A DNA stretch of 64,000 bases from Euprymna scolopes (lineage: Eukaryota). Made by a program: the position numbers and the translations under genes. The stretch's first letter is position 1. Each line of letters starts with the position of its first letter. The stretch is taken from assembly GCA_053919585.1 (NCBI GenBank), contig CM132791.1; one strand, given 5' to 3'. Under the pieces are notes generated by a model, which was not told the DNA's origin, ran no database searches, and saw only the letters and a list, made by a program, of their open reading frames with translations. Positions 13,302 through 25,809 of this stretch are shown here, in pieces.

Positions 13302-13827
13302 CTAGCAAGGGGTACCCGGCGTTGTCCGTGTGTTTGGAGGTGTGTGTGGAAACTCCGGGGTTGGGGGCTAAAAAAAAAGTAAATATGAGGATCGAACCCG
13401 AACCGTTGATGCAAAGTTTAAATTAAAGTGTGAAAAAAAAACGTGCGACGTTAACGATTGCCCCACCGTGAGATGCTAACGGAAACACGTTTGAATTTAT
13501 TTAATTACTTGGATTTGGCAGGTGCCCGTTTTAATGAGTTAATGAGGTCAAGTTTGGCTGCGGGATTTTTAATTTTTTCCAAGATGTTATAGGAAAAAGA
13601 CTAACGCATATGCGGCGAGCGACAAATGTTGAATATTTATCTTCCCGAAATCGAGCAAATTAAATAGACAGGCGAGCTTCGTTGTTAACTCTGAGATATT
13701 ACGATTTATATGTGATATAAAAAGTTTTTAAAGTTGTGAAGCGAGCGACCGCTTCTCTGAAAAAAGCTTTTGTAGACATACAGAAAAAGCGAACACATAC
13801 ATACATTTTCGCTTTTATATTTATAGA
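13302..13827 (-). mobile_element. Non-autonomous Helitron, copy 3 (both ends intact)
   Basis: Minus strand begins A|TCTATAAATATAAAAGCG and ends ...cggacaacgccgggtaccccttgCTAG|T. It sits between A(13301) and T(13828) with no TSD, the canonical Helitron signature. Confidence 0.8.
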
Positions 13828-14542
13828 TGCTTGTATTAAAATACGTATTGCTTCTATATGTATTAAATTTTTAAATGTAAATAATCAATTGTTATCTCGT
13901 AAGTTACGAGGTGCTTCAATAAGTTTCCAGACTTTTTGTATAAGCATTTAAATTGTCGTAGACACTTGAAAAATCAATATCTTATTGCTATACATCTTAT
14001 GAGATGACTGACCAATTTTTATGATTTCAATTTCTAACAGGATTTTAGAATACAACCTTCTAAAGCCTGATTTCCATGAATTTCAAAAATATAATTTGGA
14101 CATAAGGACACTTTAGAAGAACAATATGAAATAAAATAAAATTTTAAACTTGAAAAAATTCCACAGAAACGTATGGAATGTAATAGATTGCTTTTGAGAA
14201 ATCTTGTATTTATCGAACATAAGTTTTAGAGTGCCGTAAGAGATTCAAGAAAGGCAGGGAGTGTGAGGGATGATGAGAGGCTTGGAAGGAGTAAGGAATT
14301 CAAGACACCAGAGTTGATTGGCAAAATAAAGAATTTTATGGATAAGGACCGTCGTGTGTCTATAGAGACAATAAGTGCACAGTTTGATATCAGTGTATGA
14401 ACTGTACACATAATTAACTGCGAGGAACTAAAGATGTGGAAGGTTTACACGAATGCACCAGTCCACAACTCCATCCTTGTCACAGACTATTACACCAAGA
14501 TGGACATCAAGGCCCTCTCTATAGTCTCCTTGTTGCTTTTTG

Positions 14543-14560
14543 TGTTATATAGGGTTTAAC

Positions 14561-14609
<49 letters not shown>

Positions 14610-15534
14610 GTTGTTGTTATTGTTCGTTGTTAGGAAGTCTTATTAAAAGTGAGTCTTAGAGAGTCTTATTAAGAGAGATGTTGCGTTCTGTGTTCGTGTT
14701 ATGAAGAGATTCATATATATAAAATGTTCATACTTAGAAGTGTAGTAGAAGCTCTTAGAGTGAGGAGACAGTGTTGAGACAGTCTTAGTGTTCACATTGT
14801 AGATATGAGATGTAGAGACATTGTGTATGTGAAGACATTTTAAAACACAGGATATATAAGACATATAATGACAATTTCACTTTACCTTTTGGTAGAATTA
14901 CAACACAAAGACGACGTTTATAAAAACACATGATATGTTTATTTCCATGGACCGGTCGGTGGTTTTCTTAGTCAGGAATTCAAAGTTTTACATTCTATGT
15001 TTCAAAGGTGACCGTCTCGTTTCCAGACGTTCGACTGTCCATCTCTGGACTCCAGACTGTCGTCTCTCGTCCTCAAACTCTCCCTGCTTAATTCTAAAGT
15101 TTCTAACTATGTCGAGAACTTCCCATTTTCTATGACGTCATACCCATGTTAAAACATGTGTCGTCTTTCACGTGTTCTGAAAATGCGTGTCCAAAAACTT
15201 TTCCTTTGTTTACAAAAGGAATTTTAACCTATATTTCCAGTAACCTATACTTCCAATATGTTAAAAACATGTTTATTAAATTATCCTATAGTTGCATTCA
15301 TCAATTCAATTTCATAACAGAATTGAAAAATGCACATTCCTTTTCTTAAAACAATTTATCTCTAAGCTAAACAATGGTTTGTTTTTACATTCCATTTTCT
15401 AATTCTCTCTCGTAATCTATTTCTAAACCTAAATTACGAGGTTCGAATTTCGTCTATTCTATTTCATATTTACATTTAACTAATTCCTTATTTTTATACT
15501 TACATGAAAAGGGGACAGCCCTTATCATATAACA
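14543..15534. mobile_element. Probable solo LTR (Ty3/Gypsy-like) inserted in the mariner
   Basis: 992-bp insert bounded by TGTTATAT...ATATAACA (perfect 8-bp inverted termini, TG..CA). It interrupts the mariner at the 'ttttggttattccc' region; flanks tttg/tcgg could be a decayed 4-bp TSD. Confidence 0.65.
14561..14625. repeat. (TAT)n/(TGT)n microsatellite
   Basis: Visible trinucleotide run. Confidence 0.9.
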
Positions 15535-16610
15535 TCGGTTATTCCCTAAGCTCAATGAAAACATCAGAGGCTGTCGTTATGAGACTATTGGGGAGATAAA
15601 TGATGCTGTAACGATGGTAATTGTCACGCCTACAGAAGAGGACTTCCATGTGGCCTTCCGGGAATTGTTGGAAAGGTACAAGTGCATTGCAGCCGGAGGA
15701 AATTATTTCGAGGGGGGATTAGAGTTTCATGTGTGCATCAATAAAAGCACCCATACGATAAAAGGCTGGAAGCTTATTAAACGCATCTCGTATAACTGAA
15801 CCCCCATAAGACTCTCACTTAGAACTATGGATGATAACGTCTATGTGTGGTCTCAGTTAAGTCTAAGTTAACTTAATTATGTAACAAAAATCTCGAATCT
15901 ATAGAAAGTATTTTCTCATGGCAGTGCGCAAGTAGTCAAACAGAAGATAGCGGCACATCAAACTATTAAGAAATGGTCACATTAAAACAGTTTATGTTTA
16001 AGGCTCTTTTAATTTATTATATAATTACACGTCGAAGTAACGGATAAAACAGTTGTTGATAAGTAGTTCTAAGTGACATTTTGGGAGTTTTAATTCTTAC
16101 TAGTGTAAGCCTCCTGCCTTAGGTCAGCAGATGTAGCCTCGGACCCTGTTGAAACTATAATGGTCGATGATCGTCTTCTTCCGGGAGTGCTTAACAGGAT
16201 TCTTCAGCGTCGCAGGCTTCGTGTTGATTTTCGCTGAAAATCAATTAGCTTCTCATGCAAATCAAACAGAAAACAGACCCAGGGGGTTCTAGTTTACTAA
16301 AAGTTAATTCACGAAAATTACAGGCGTTTTACATATGTACAATTGTTTAGTTCGATTATAGCAGAAAACAGTCCTAAATCTTATACTTCGTTCTCTGCGT
16401 CGGCACACACAACGCCAAGTCAAGCACAAAATCGAGTACACTCAACATCAAGTACACTCTACATCGTCTTACCATCAACGCTTACCCTGTGAACTCGAAG
16501 TATGGGAAATTCTTGACGCACAAACCAAAAACACTGAACAAACTAAAATACCCTTACTAAGGGTAAAGATAATGAGTACACGTTGGATAAAATGATAGGG
16601 AAAATTATTA

Positions 16611-16683
16611 CGAAGATGCCAGGATTCAAACCTGTAATCTTCTGATCTGTAGTCAGACACGTTATCCATTGCGCCACAAATCC
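16611..16683 (-). pseudogene. tRNA-Arg(ACG) pseudogene or tRNA-derived SINE head
   Basis: Minus strand GGATTTGTGGCGCAATGGATAACGTGTCTGACTACAGATCAGAAGATTACAGGTTTGAATCCTGGCATCTTCG (73 nt) matches metazoan tRNA-Arg(ACG). The anticodon now reads ACA, the T-loop reads GTTTG and the acceptor stem is mismatched. Confidence 0.8.
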
Positions 16684-16747
16684 TGTCGGTATGCCGAAAG
16701 ATGTTACCGCGACTGTATACAGACAGTGCTAAATTCCGTTGACATAG

Positions 16748-16787
16748 GCAATGGTCGAAAACCTCAATTGAGGTTTTCGACCATTGC
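16748..16787. repeat. Perfect 40-bp palindrome
   Basis: gcaatggtcgaaaacctcaa|ttgaggttttcgaccattgc, with no spacer and no mismatch. Confidence 0.95.
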
Positions 16788-17482
16788 ATGAAACGGCCCC
16801 AAACCCCTTATTTCGGGCGTTTTGTGTGACTCGGCGTTGTTCGTTACAAACCATATATAGATAATGGACAATCTAGGGACTCATATCTTTCAGAGAGAAA
16901 AAAAAGAATTTTTCAATTCGGTGCATCGGTTCGAAAGTTTTTTTTATATATACACGCACATAAATAAATAAATAAACATGTTAAATTTAATTAATAATAA
17001 AAGATAAATAGATTTTAAAACAATGGCGTTTTTTTCTATTGGCAACTATTTAACTGTCTTGTCGTGGTAAGAATTAAATTGCAAGTATTTTTAATAAATA
17101 CATAAATATACACGGTACACACACATATATATATATTTAACATACACACACGTGTGTGTATGTTTTATTCAAAAATTACTTAGTGGATAATAACAATTTT
17201 ACGGGAAAGGAGTCACTTTTCATAATACCATTGATCATGATTAAATATTTGGTATTTCAAAGGAAATATTATTGATAAACATAAATTATAACAAATCGGC
17301 ATTGAAAGAAACGTGGAATTTATGTAGAATCGTGCAAGTCCTAATTAATGTGTTTCAACTATATTTATGGCTATTTTATTTGTATTAGAAAATGTATGCG
17401 TAAAAGTTTTCACTTTAAATCAAAATACCAATCTTTTTATTAAACACAGCGCATCTACTGTTATTATCGTAACATATATATA

Positions 17483-17493
17483 TGTGTGTGTGT

Positions 17494-17531
<38 letters not shown>
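17483..17531. repeat. (TG)n microsatellite
   Basis: Visible TG run. Confidence 0.9.
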
Positions 17532-17532
<1 letters not shown>

Positions 17533-18001
17533 CGTGTTCTGCCTATAAGTCACTTTTTCGCGGGTGTTTGCGAGCTAACGATCTCATTTTTTACTCCGGT
17601 GAGAATAAAAACTCGCCATATTTGCAAACGTTTTCGTTGTCAGGTACGTGACGCGATTACAAAAATAAAAACCGGTGAATTTATTACGAAATTCGATTAG
17701 GAATTTTTTAAAAACATTTTCATACACTGCCTTTCCATGGTATCGAACTTACTTGAATGAATAAAGCTTCGCTGATGAAAGGAGAGAGGCGAGGATTAAA
17801 ATGTGTAAGAGCGAGGATGGCAGGGAAAAAACGCTGGTTATACATTTCACAAGTCTTTTTTGAATCTGTCGTTGTTAAAAGTTAATAAATGGAGTGAGGC
17901 GGCGAGAGATACTTGACCTAGTCATGCCAACAAGGAAAAACAGAGACTTTTAGTTCTGTTTAATCAAACATGCATGAAAGAAAAATGCGGCACAAATAAA
18001 C

Positions 18002-18065
<64 letters not shown>

Positions 18066-18075
18066 GGAGAGAGGG
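18002..18075. repeat. Compound (TA)n(GA)n microsatellite
   Basis: Visible in sequence. Confidence 0.9.
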
Positions 18076-19204
18076 ATAGAAATAGGGAGTGAGAGAGACA
18101 ATATTTTAAAAGCATATTAACAATTATACCTATAGATACCAGTGTTTCATGCTTACACAATTATCAGTGTAGGAAGTGATAAATACTGCTAGTCGGGAGA
18201 TTCGAACCCAGTGTGATAGTCACCCTTGATTTTGTAACTTGCTATTCTACTATCTCCTGGTCAATAGAAATTAACACAAGAATTGATGGAAATCAAGTAT
18301 CTATAAATGCCTAATCTATGGGCATAAATAGTAAACAATCAGAGAGTATTCAACGGCAGGAAGTCAAAATATTTCGTTTGCGCTTAAGTTGACTGTTTTT
18401 CTTAATTCCTCAATGTGGGTTCCCGTTTATTTCTTACAAGGACTTTACAGCAATAATATTTTAAAAATAATTATCAATTATAATTATTTTTTATTCTTAC
18501 AGGCAGTGTTCCCTTCTTACGCAATCATCAATGTGAAAATGTGCTAGAACCACCTTTTCTCTTCTGATGAGAAGCATTAGGCTTCAGAATGCTTGGGTAT
18601 AAAGAGCATATATCTCCCGTACCCCTAATTAATGTTATTAAATTTATATGCATAAGTATATGAATTTATATTGTTATTTTTTCCTTTTTTCCTTCTATAT
18701 CTACATATATGTATGCATATATATGTGTCTGTGTGTGTGCGTGTGTGTGTGTGTGTGTGCACGCGTGTGTGTGTGGGTGTAAGTTATATTGTCAGATGTG
18801 CTTTCATGTTTAAATTGAAGTATACGACTGCTTCATGCGATTTGTATAAACGTGCAAACTAAATGCGCATTCTTTTGTTATTGCAACTATACATAAAAAC
18901 TTATCGCGATTATATTGCGTGTTTTAGACTCCATTTTCCGTCAATAACACCAACGCCTATGCACGCTTTGACACCAACAAGTCTATTGGAACCGTTTCTC
19001 TTTATCATCAACGCCGTGCATAAAACAGAATAAATCTAATTAGATTTATTTTCAGTTTTATTGTATAAAGCTTTCAAACTATTCATTATTTTGTTATCAT
19101 GGTGAGAATTCTGCGATTCTCTGTACTAAACTAATAATGTTTTCGTTTCTCTAACCATGACAGGGCAGAATTTATAAGTCTGTTATTGTATTTTAAGTGT
19201 TAAG

Positions 19205-19350
19205 TGAAGTTCGACCGAATACGCCTGAAGATTATCGAAGGTTAGATAGGTCGAAAAGTTTTTAAAATAACACTCAAGATGAGAATAGTAGTCCGAAGAC
19301 TCTAAATAATACAAATACTAAATCTTTATCTCAAAAATTCAGAAATCTGA
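19205..19350 (+). mobile_element. Penelope-like terminal fragment with degenerate hammerhead-like core
   Basis: CTGAAGA (19225-31)...GAAA (19253-56), followed by 'aaaataacactcaagatgagaatagtagtccgaa', which is shared with the copies at 10.2 kb and 33.7 kb. Confidence 0.45.
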
Positions 19351-20685
19351 AAAAGTTATTGTCAGTTGAAAATATGACTATTTTGTTTTAGATTCGTAGC
19401 ACGTAGCGAGCGTCGTTCGATGTTATATTTTAGCGCTCGTTTTTGTTTCACTCTTTTTAATATGCCACCTTTTGTTTCAACTTATTATTTGATAATTGGA
19501 ATGAATGGGTATCCAACTGAGACAAATGAGAGCGAGTGAACGTACGTACATGCGGCTCGATTTGCGATTGAAGAAGAGTGGGAACAAGGAGTAAATGAAT
19601 AAGAAGGTAAAAAGAATAAAGAGTTAAAAAGAAAAGAAGTGAGTAAAAAAAGAGAGACAGAAGAAAACGCTGTAAAACGCAAGCCCAGCAAGCAAATCAA
19701 GAAAAAATATATATTCCTATACATCGGTGAAAGTAAAAAAAAAAAAAAAGATAAAATTTAATTTTAACTTTAAGTTTCGTATGTTTGCGAAAGAAACAGA
19801 ATGGGTATTTTAAATTAACAAATGAAATAATGTTTTAGCTTTTAAGAGTTAGAGAAATGTTTTTTTTTAATAAGCTTCGAAATAGCTAAGAATTACGTTA
19901 TGAGATTTTGAATTTTTAAAAACGTGATTTGCATTAGAAATTTAGAAACTTTCAATTAATTTATTTATTTAATTCATTTGGTAATTTTATTTATTTGTGC
20001 GATTTTTTTATTTAATTAATTTAATTTTTTCTATTCATAAACTATTAGTTTCATCGTCTTATTAATTAGTTTTCTCTTATTTTTCAAATCGATTAGTTTT
20101 AATGATTTTAAGAATAAAAATAAAGTTACTACACGATAGCGAGCGGACAAAACCAGCCTGTTATAAATAACTACTAATTCACTGAGTTAATTAATGTATA
20201 TTTTATTTCATTTTTGGCTTAGTCAAACTCATATTTTCTGCGGTTGGCAGTATTGAGGAATTAATTTTAAAAGCATGATAGCATAGCCTGAATCATTTTT
20301 TAGATATACTTTTTACCTGTAAATCGTAATTTAATGAAATAAATTGATTTTTTGTGACCTATTCGAATATTTTTTCCCTATTATAATCATGCTACACGAT
20401 GTTGTCCGGGATACAGTCAAGACTTCTTTTTGTCAATTGTTTAAACTATTTTGCCCTAGAAAAATGTCATAAAGATTCGATAGTAGAAAGAATATATTGT
20501 ACAGGGCAGTGATACAAAGAAAGGTCATCCGTATTTCCGAGTATTACACTAGACAGTCTGTAATCTCGTGTTGTATCGCGACAATTCCTCACGAGAAACT
20601 AAACTCGTTTATATATCTATATAATACAAAAACTCTGTCGTTCTTGGTTGTTTGCTTGTTTGCTTGCGCACTATCCTCCTCCTCC

Positions 20686-20870
20686 TACTACTACTACTAC
20701 TATTACTACGCCTCCTCTCTTGCAACTACTATTACTTCTCCTCTTTACAACTGCTACTACGCCTTCACTTCCCTCTCTTACTACTACTACTACTACACCT
20801 CCTCTTCCTTATCCTACTATTACTACTACTGGTTGACATGTATTTTCCGTACTACTACTACTTTACTACT
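20686..20870. repeat. Degenerate (TAC)n/(TCC)n low-complexity repeat
   Basis: Gives the poly-Y/T/L ORFs in the track; non-coding. Confidence 0.9.
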
Positions 20871-21619
20871 GCATTTTTTTTTACATCCTTCATTTCCGTA
20901 TTACGTTTAAGTTATTTTAACGGAATTTTCTTACAAATAAATCTACTATTTTACAATATATTGCTTTACTGTGCACGTTTTCAGCGACTCAATTTTTTTT
21001 CACGTTTAAATTAAAAGATATTTCAAAATTTGAATTTAACGTTAAGTATTATGGTATCTGTTCAGTGCACATTTACCTATAATTATGGCAAAGTTAAACG
21101 TTAAAAACAAACAAAATGCCGGCTTCTAACGATAAAAAAAATGCCGGAAATTATTCTCTTTTAGAGTAGATAAAGTTAGGACTTTAAGTAGTATACTTAA
21201 TATATATACTATTATGGAAGCCTGCCTGTATTGAAAATGCTTGCTTCCTTGCTGGCCAATCAAACCATCTAATATAGTTAGCCTTATGTTCAAGTACATT
21301 CGAAATATAATACAGTGTAAAGAAACAGTTACTCATGAAAACGAACCTCATAAAGTAAAACCTTGAATAATTATCTAAACTCGAATGTAAATTAATATTA
21401 AGTCGACTTTACAAATTGATAATAATTAATTATTGGATGTAATTAATTATAAGGTGAAACTCTAATGATTCACACTCGATAAATAACGACAAAATTCCAC
21501 AAATTAATATGGGAGGGGAGATTATCATCAAGTGTCCTGAATTGTTAACTTAGCACCGGACTTACTACTTAGATACAATAAGTCACTTGTACCCATTCCC
21601 CTCCCCCTTTTTTTTTTTT

Positions 21620-24600
21620 AAATGGAGAGTAGATAATACAGTGGATGTGTTATCGGCAGCTTCAGTAACTCTCGCTTTTCCTATTTTGTCATTCAGTCCT
21701 CATTCAATGAGTGATTTTTCTGACAAAGGGTGAAGAAAAAGCTGCTTAAAGGTCGGTAGTACTTGGTGACCAGTAGTCTGAGATGTCGGAAATTTTTCTG
21801 TCTCTGTCTGTCCTTGTGGCCATGTCACTAGTAAGGGTGCTGGAGGTAAACGTTTTGTCTGGGCTGACGTTATCCGCCTGATAGTCAGGGACCCGAACCT
21901 TGGATTAACCACTAAGGAGGCTGTCCTATCAGCAGGCGCAAAGTACTGGGACTGCTGTATTGCCATTTGGTGAGTGGATCTGGACCATGCAGCAGTCTCT
22001 GGTGGGGCCTCTCGATGCCATACTAGTGGGTAATTGTTACGGCTTTACCTTTTCGTGTGCTACAAAAAAAAATTTTCCTGTCTTTTTCTCTCTTACTTTC
22101 CCTCTCTGTACTGCTCTAATCAAGTATGCCGACCTATTTCACAAATCCCAAAACCTCAGCATAAACTATCTCCAGAATAAAAATTCGATTAAACCTAGAA
22201 CCCCATTTTCCAACGTAGACCCCTACTACCAGGTCTCCTTCTCCAACATCAGGGGTCTACGTTCCAACCTTCCAGAGGTTGAAACCTAATTACAGGAGAC
22301 GAAATCGGACATATTATTTCTAAGTGAAACTGGAATAGGGCCGACCACTTTCCTAGATGAGTTCATAATTAACGGATACTCTAATTTAACAGCTAAATCT
22401 GACACCCAAGATCGCCATGGGCATGAAATATGTGCCTACATTAAGGATGGCTTCCTGTGTTGCAGTGATATCTCAAGAGAAGATCCTAATTTACCCTATA
22501 TGTGCTTCAGGGTTGCACTTGCTAACACCACTGCATTTATATTTGCCCTCTATAGGCCCCACAACAGCGGAGTTACTCTCTTTAAGAGCATATCTGAGAA
22601 AATAGACCACATACTGTCTTCACATCCCTCGGCTAATATCCACATCTGTGGTGACTTCAACGTCCATAACGTGGAATGGCTGACCCATTCACATAAGACA
22701 GATGATGAGGGGAGGTTTTGTCATGATTTTGCCATTGTTTATGACCTCACTCAGATTGTTCGTGAACCCACCCGTGTGCCTGATACACCCGATCAATATG
22801 CAAGCCTCCTAGATCTTTTTCTCTCAACTTCCCCTGAGCTATGTTCATGTTCCGTTCATTCTCCTCTAGGATCCTCCGACCACTCCGTCGTATCAGTTAA
22901 GATAAAAACAAAATGTAAGAAGCCCCCAGACGTACCCCTCCACCGTACTGTATACCGATACTCTATGGCTGACTGAGATAGCTTCCGTACATTCATATCT
23001 GATCTACCTCTGCACTCCATGTTTAAAAAGGAAGTGTCCTCTATAGTATCAGATCTGACCGAATGGTTAATTGTAGGCATAGACCAATTCATACCATCTT
23101 AAAAATTCCAACAAAAACCTAACAGCCAGCCATGGTTCTCCCCAGAATGTGCTGCTGCTATCGCGCACAGAAATCACTTTTTCCATAGCTTCCAACGTAA
23201 TAGATGCACTGAGACTAAAGCTGCTTTCAGGACTGCCAGCAACCACTGTAAAGGAGTAATAAAAAAATGCAAGAGAGCTATATGCCCAGTCTGTTAAATC
23301 CAAGGTAGCTGATCAGCGGCTTGGTTCCCACCAGTTTTGGCAAATAACAAATAGGATCCTGAACAGAACTGTGTGCGTTCTATCCCAACCATTATCAATG
23401 GACCAGAGGTCATCTCGTCAGCGTCAGACAAGGTCAAACTATTTGCAAAGAACTTTGCAGCTAATTCTACCCTGTGCGACGAAGGCCATCAACTCCCTAT
23501 ATTTCCTCCTATAACACAGAACAAGCTAGGTAACATACAAATATCCGTGCATGAGGTCGCCAAGCTAATCAAGACCCTAGATTCCAGTAAAGCAACTGGC
23601 TCTGATGGCATCCCAATTATAGTGTTAAAAAAGCTTACACCAGAAATTGCTCCCATACTTACGAAACTGTTTAAGCGCTGCCTTAAGGAGAAGTGCTTTC
23701 CGACTCCCTGGAAGACCTCATCAGTTTGCCCTGTATTTAAGAATTCAGGTGATAAGTCATCTCCCTCTCAGTACAGACCAATAATCTCTTGTGTGTTATG
23801 AGTAAGTTGCTGGAATCCATATTAAATAGAGAAATAGTCAACCACCTCAGCAGGAATAACCTTCTTAGTGACACACAATATGGTGTCCGCTCTGCAAGAT
23901 CTACCGCAGATGTGGTGACGGTTATATCCCATAGGATTAGTGAATCTCTTGACAAAGGCTTCCTTTCTAGGGCAATTGCTCTTGACATATCAAAGGCCTT
24001 CGACAACGTATGGCATAAGGGTCTACTTCACAAGATTTCCAGCTACGGTATAACTGGAAATATCTTCTCAATCATTAAATCATTTCTCTCCGATAGGCTC
24101 ATAAGAGTAGTGGTAGATGGACAAAAATCGGAGGCCTGCAATATAAATGCTGGAGTCCCTCAGGGGTCAATCCTAGGCCCAACTCTCTTCCTGATCTACA
24201 TCATTGACCTCCCTAAACACATACTTAAATCATTCGTTGACATCTATGCTGATGACACGACCATCTACGGCAACACACATTAAAGGCTGTAAATGACAAA
24301 GTTCTCTCTGATTCTCTCTCCTCTAATCTCGAGCGCGTTGTTCAGTGGGGGGAGATGTGGCTAGTTACCTTTAATGCATCCAAAACCAAACTCCTATCCT
24401 TACATCATCAACGCTCTGATCCCCATCTGGCATCAATTGTGATGGATGGCTCTCGTCTGGGTGAGGCCCCGTGTTTTGACAAGCTTTTGGGTTTGACCTT
24501 TACTCCTGATCTGAAATGGAACACGTACATCAAGTCTGTTGCCAAGGTCGCTGGAAAGATGGTGGGATCCTTCTACCGCTCCAGAAGATATCTCACTACT

Positions 24601-25185
24601 GATGCAATTCTCTATGTATATAAAAGCCAAGTACGTCCAAGGATTGAATACTGTTGCCATATCTGGGCAGGAGCTGCTAAAAACAGCCTATCCTGCCTTG
24701 ACAGAGTACAAAATAGACTTCGTGGCTTAGTGGGGGATGCCCTTTTCTCTACCATGCAACCTCTCTCCCACAAAAGAGACGTTGCGAGCCTATCCTTGTT
24801 TTATCGTTATTTCCATGGCAGGTGCTCGTCTGAGCTCCTATCTCTGGTCCCCCCTCGCCAATCTTTCACGAAAAACACCCGTCTAGCCGAATCCACTGTG
24901 AAAAATTTCCCCACTCTTTATCTGTGCCTAAATCAAAACGTGGATTCCATGAACAAAGCGTCTTTCTTAGAACTGCACGCCTGTGGAACTCTGTTCAGTC
25001 TGCCTTCTTCCCACCGGACTACAACTTGGATGTGTTCAAGTCCAATGTTAACAAATTCCTAATGAACCGCCCCCTTAATTAAACACTTCATCAAATCTCC
25101 ACACTAACGTAATGTACTTGCAATAACCCTTATCCCTGAGTGGCTTCCGGGCCTTGATAAGTGGTGATCACTGTGTAAAAAAAAA
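21620..25185 (+). mobile_element. Near full-length CR1/L2-group LINE (APE-RT), disrupted
   Basis: APE motifs SNIRGL, ILFLSET, ICGDFNVH, LLDLFL, SDH. RT motifs LDISKAFD, GVPQGSILGP, YADD. C-terminal motifs RPRIEYCCHIW, LDRVQ, ASLSLFYRYFHGRCSSEL. A 3' UTR ends in a short poly(A) at 25177-85. The 5' boundary is approximate. Confidence 0.9.
22230..25062 (+). pseudogene. LINE ORF2 (endonuclease/reverse transcriptase) pseudogene
   Basis: Split by stops and frameshifts across ORF-track segments 21960-22289, 22500-22976, 23373-23801, 23789-24283 and 24355-25062. Confidence 0.9.
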
Positions 25186-25377
25186 GCACTTAATGGCTGT
25201 AAGTTTTTTTTTTCAAGAATAAACAATTATAAACAGAACGACTCATAGAAATCTATCTATATTCTTTTTTCATTTTAATATGCTTTCATAGAAATGTTTC
25301 TGTGTCGTCACAAAAAAACTATTTTCTTTACGTCAAAAGTGTCAGGCTCATACATTAATTCCATAGTTAATATATAC

Positions 25378-25403
25378 TGACCGAACGGGTCATGGGTAGT
25401 CTA

Positions 25404-25404
<1 letters not shown>
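25378..25404 (+). mobile_element. Helitron 3' terminus (hairpin + CTAG)
   Basis: TGACC-GAACG-GGTCA stem-loop, an 8-nt spacer, then CTAG|T running into (TA)n. Confidence 0.6.

Positions 25405-25482
<78 letters not shown>
25405..25482. repeat. (TA)n microsatellite
   Basis: Visible TA run. Confidence 0.95.
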
Positions 25483-25484
<2 letters not shown>

Positions 25485-25809
25485 GGTTAGAAGAGTCCAT
25501 TATGAGTAAATGGCTAATCCCTAAAACATAAAATTATATATAGAAAGAAATAATATTAAATTTTTACATTATTAAATGTAAAACATGATTTTATTCCGCT
25601 TGATGCTCTTTTATTTTGCGATGATAATTAAAAAAAGTGTGTATATTCCAGTTGTTTGCGCGAAATAAACTATAGCAAGGTATGTTATTTCCTATAAAAG
25701 ATAATTTTATTTTTTAACTAACAGAGCTGGGAAATCGGGAATAATACCACTAAAACTAACAATCGTTTGTTCTTCAGAATTTATTTTACTTTATAGTTAC
25801 AGGCATTTT

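Larger units (their letters stand above)
13907..15790 (+). mobile_element. Mariner element with internal deletion and nested solo LTR
   Basis: TA at 13905-06 and 15791-92. Imperfect ~30-bp TIRs (cgaggtgcttcaataagtttccagactttt vs reverse complement cgagatgcgtttaataagcttccagcctttt). Transposase remnants include the HTH region (KRFKKGRE, RVSIETISAQFDISV), NAPVHNSILVTDY and RYKCIAAGGNYFEG. Confidence 0.85.

Noticed and set aside
18190-18250. Reverse tRNA-like B-box (also at ~35095 and ~10500)
   Set aside because: Too decayed to fold or assign; probably SINE debris.
17367-18862. VCVC/SLSL/IYIY ORFs
   Set aside because: They are translations of dinucleotide microsatellites.
19385-19740. CpG-rich promoter or first exon
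   Set aside because: The evidence is compositional only, and no downstream coding exons were recognised.
20497-21014. Three overlapping ORFs (poly-Tyr, poly-Thr, poly-Leu)
   Set aside because: They are artefacts of the (TAC)n microsatellite.
21896-21906. 'gaaccttggat' in the LINE leader matching the satellite's first unit
   Set aside because: The match is only ~11 bp with no flanking similarity, which is compatible with chance.
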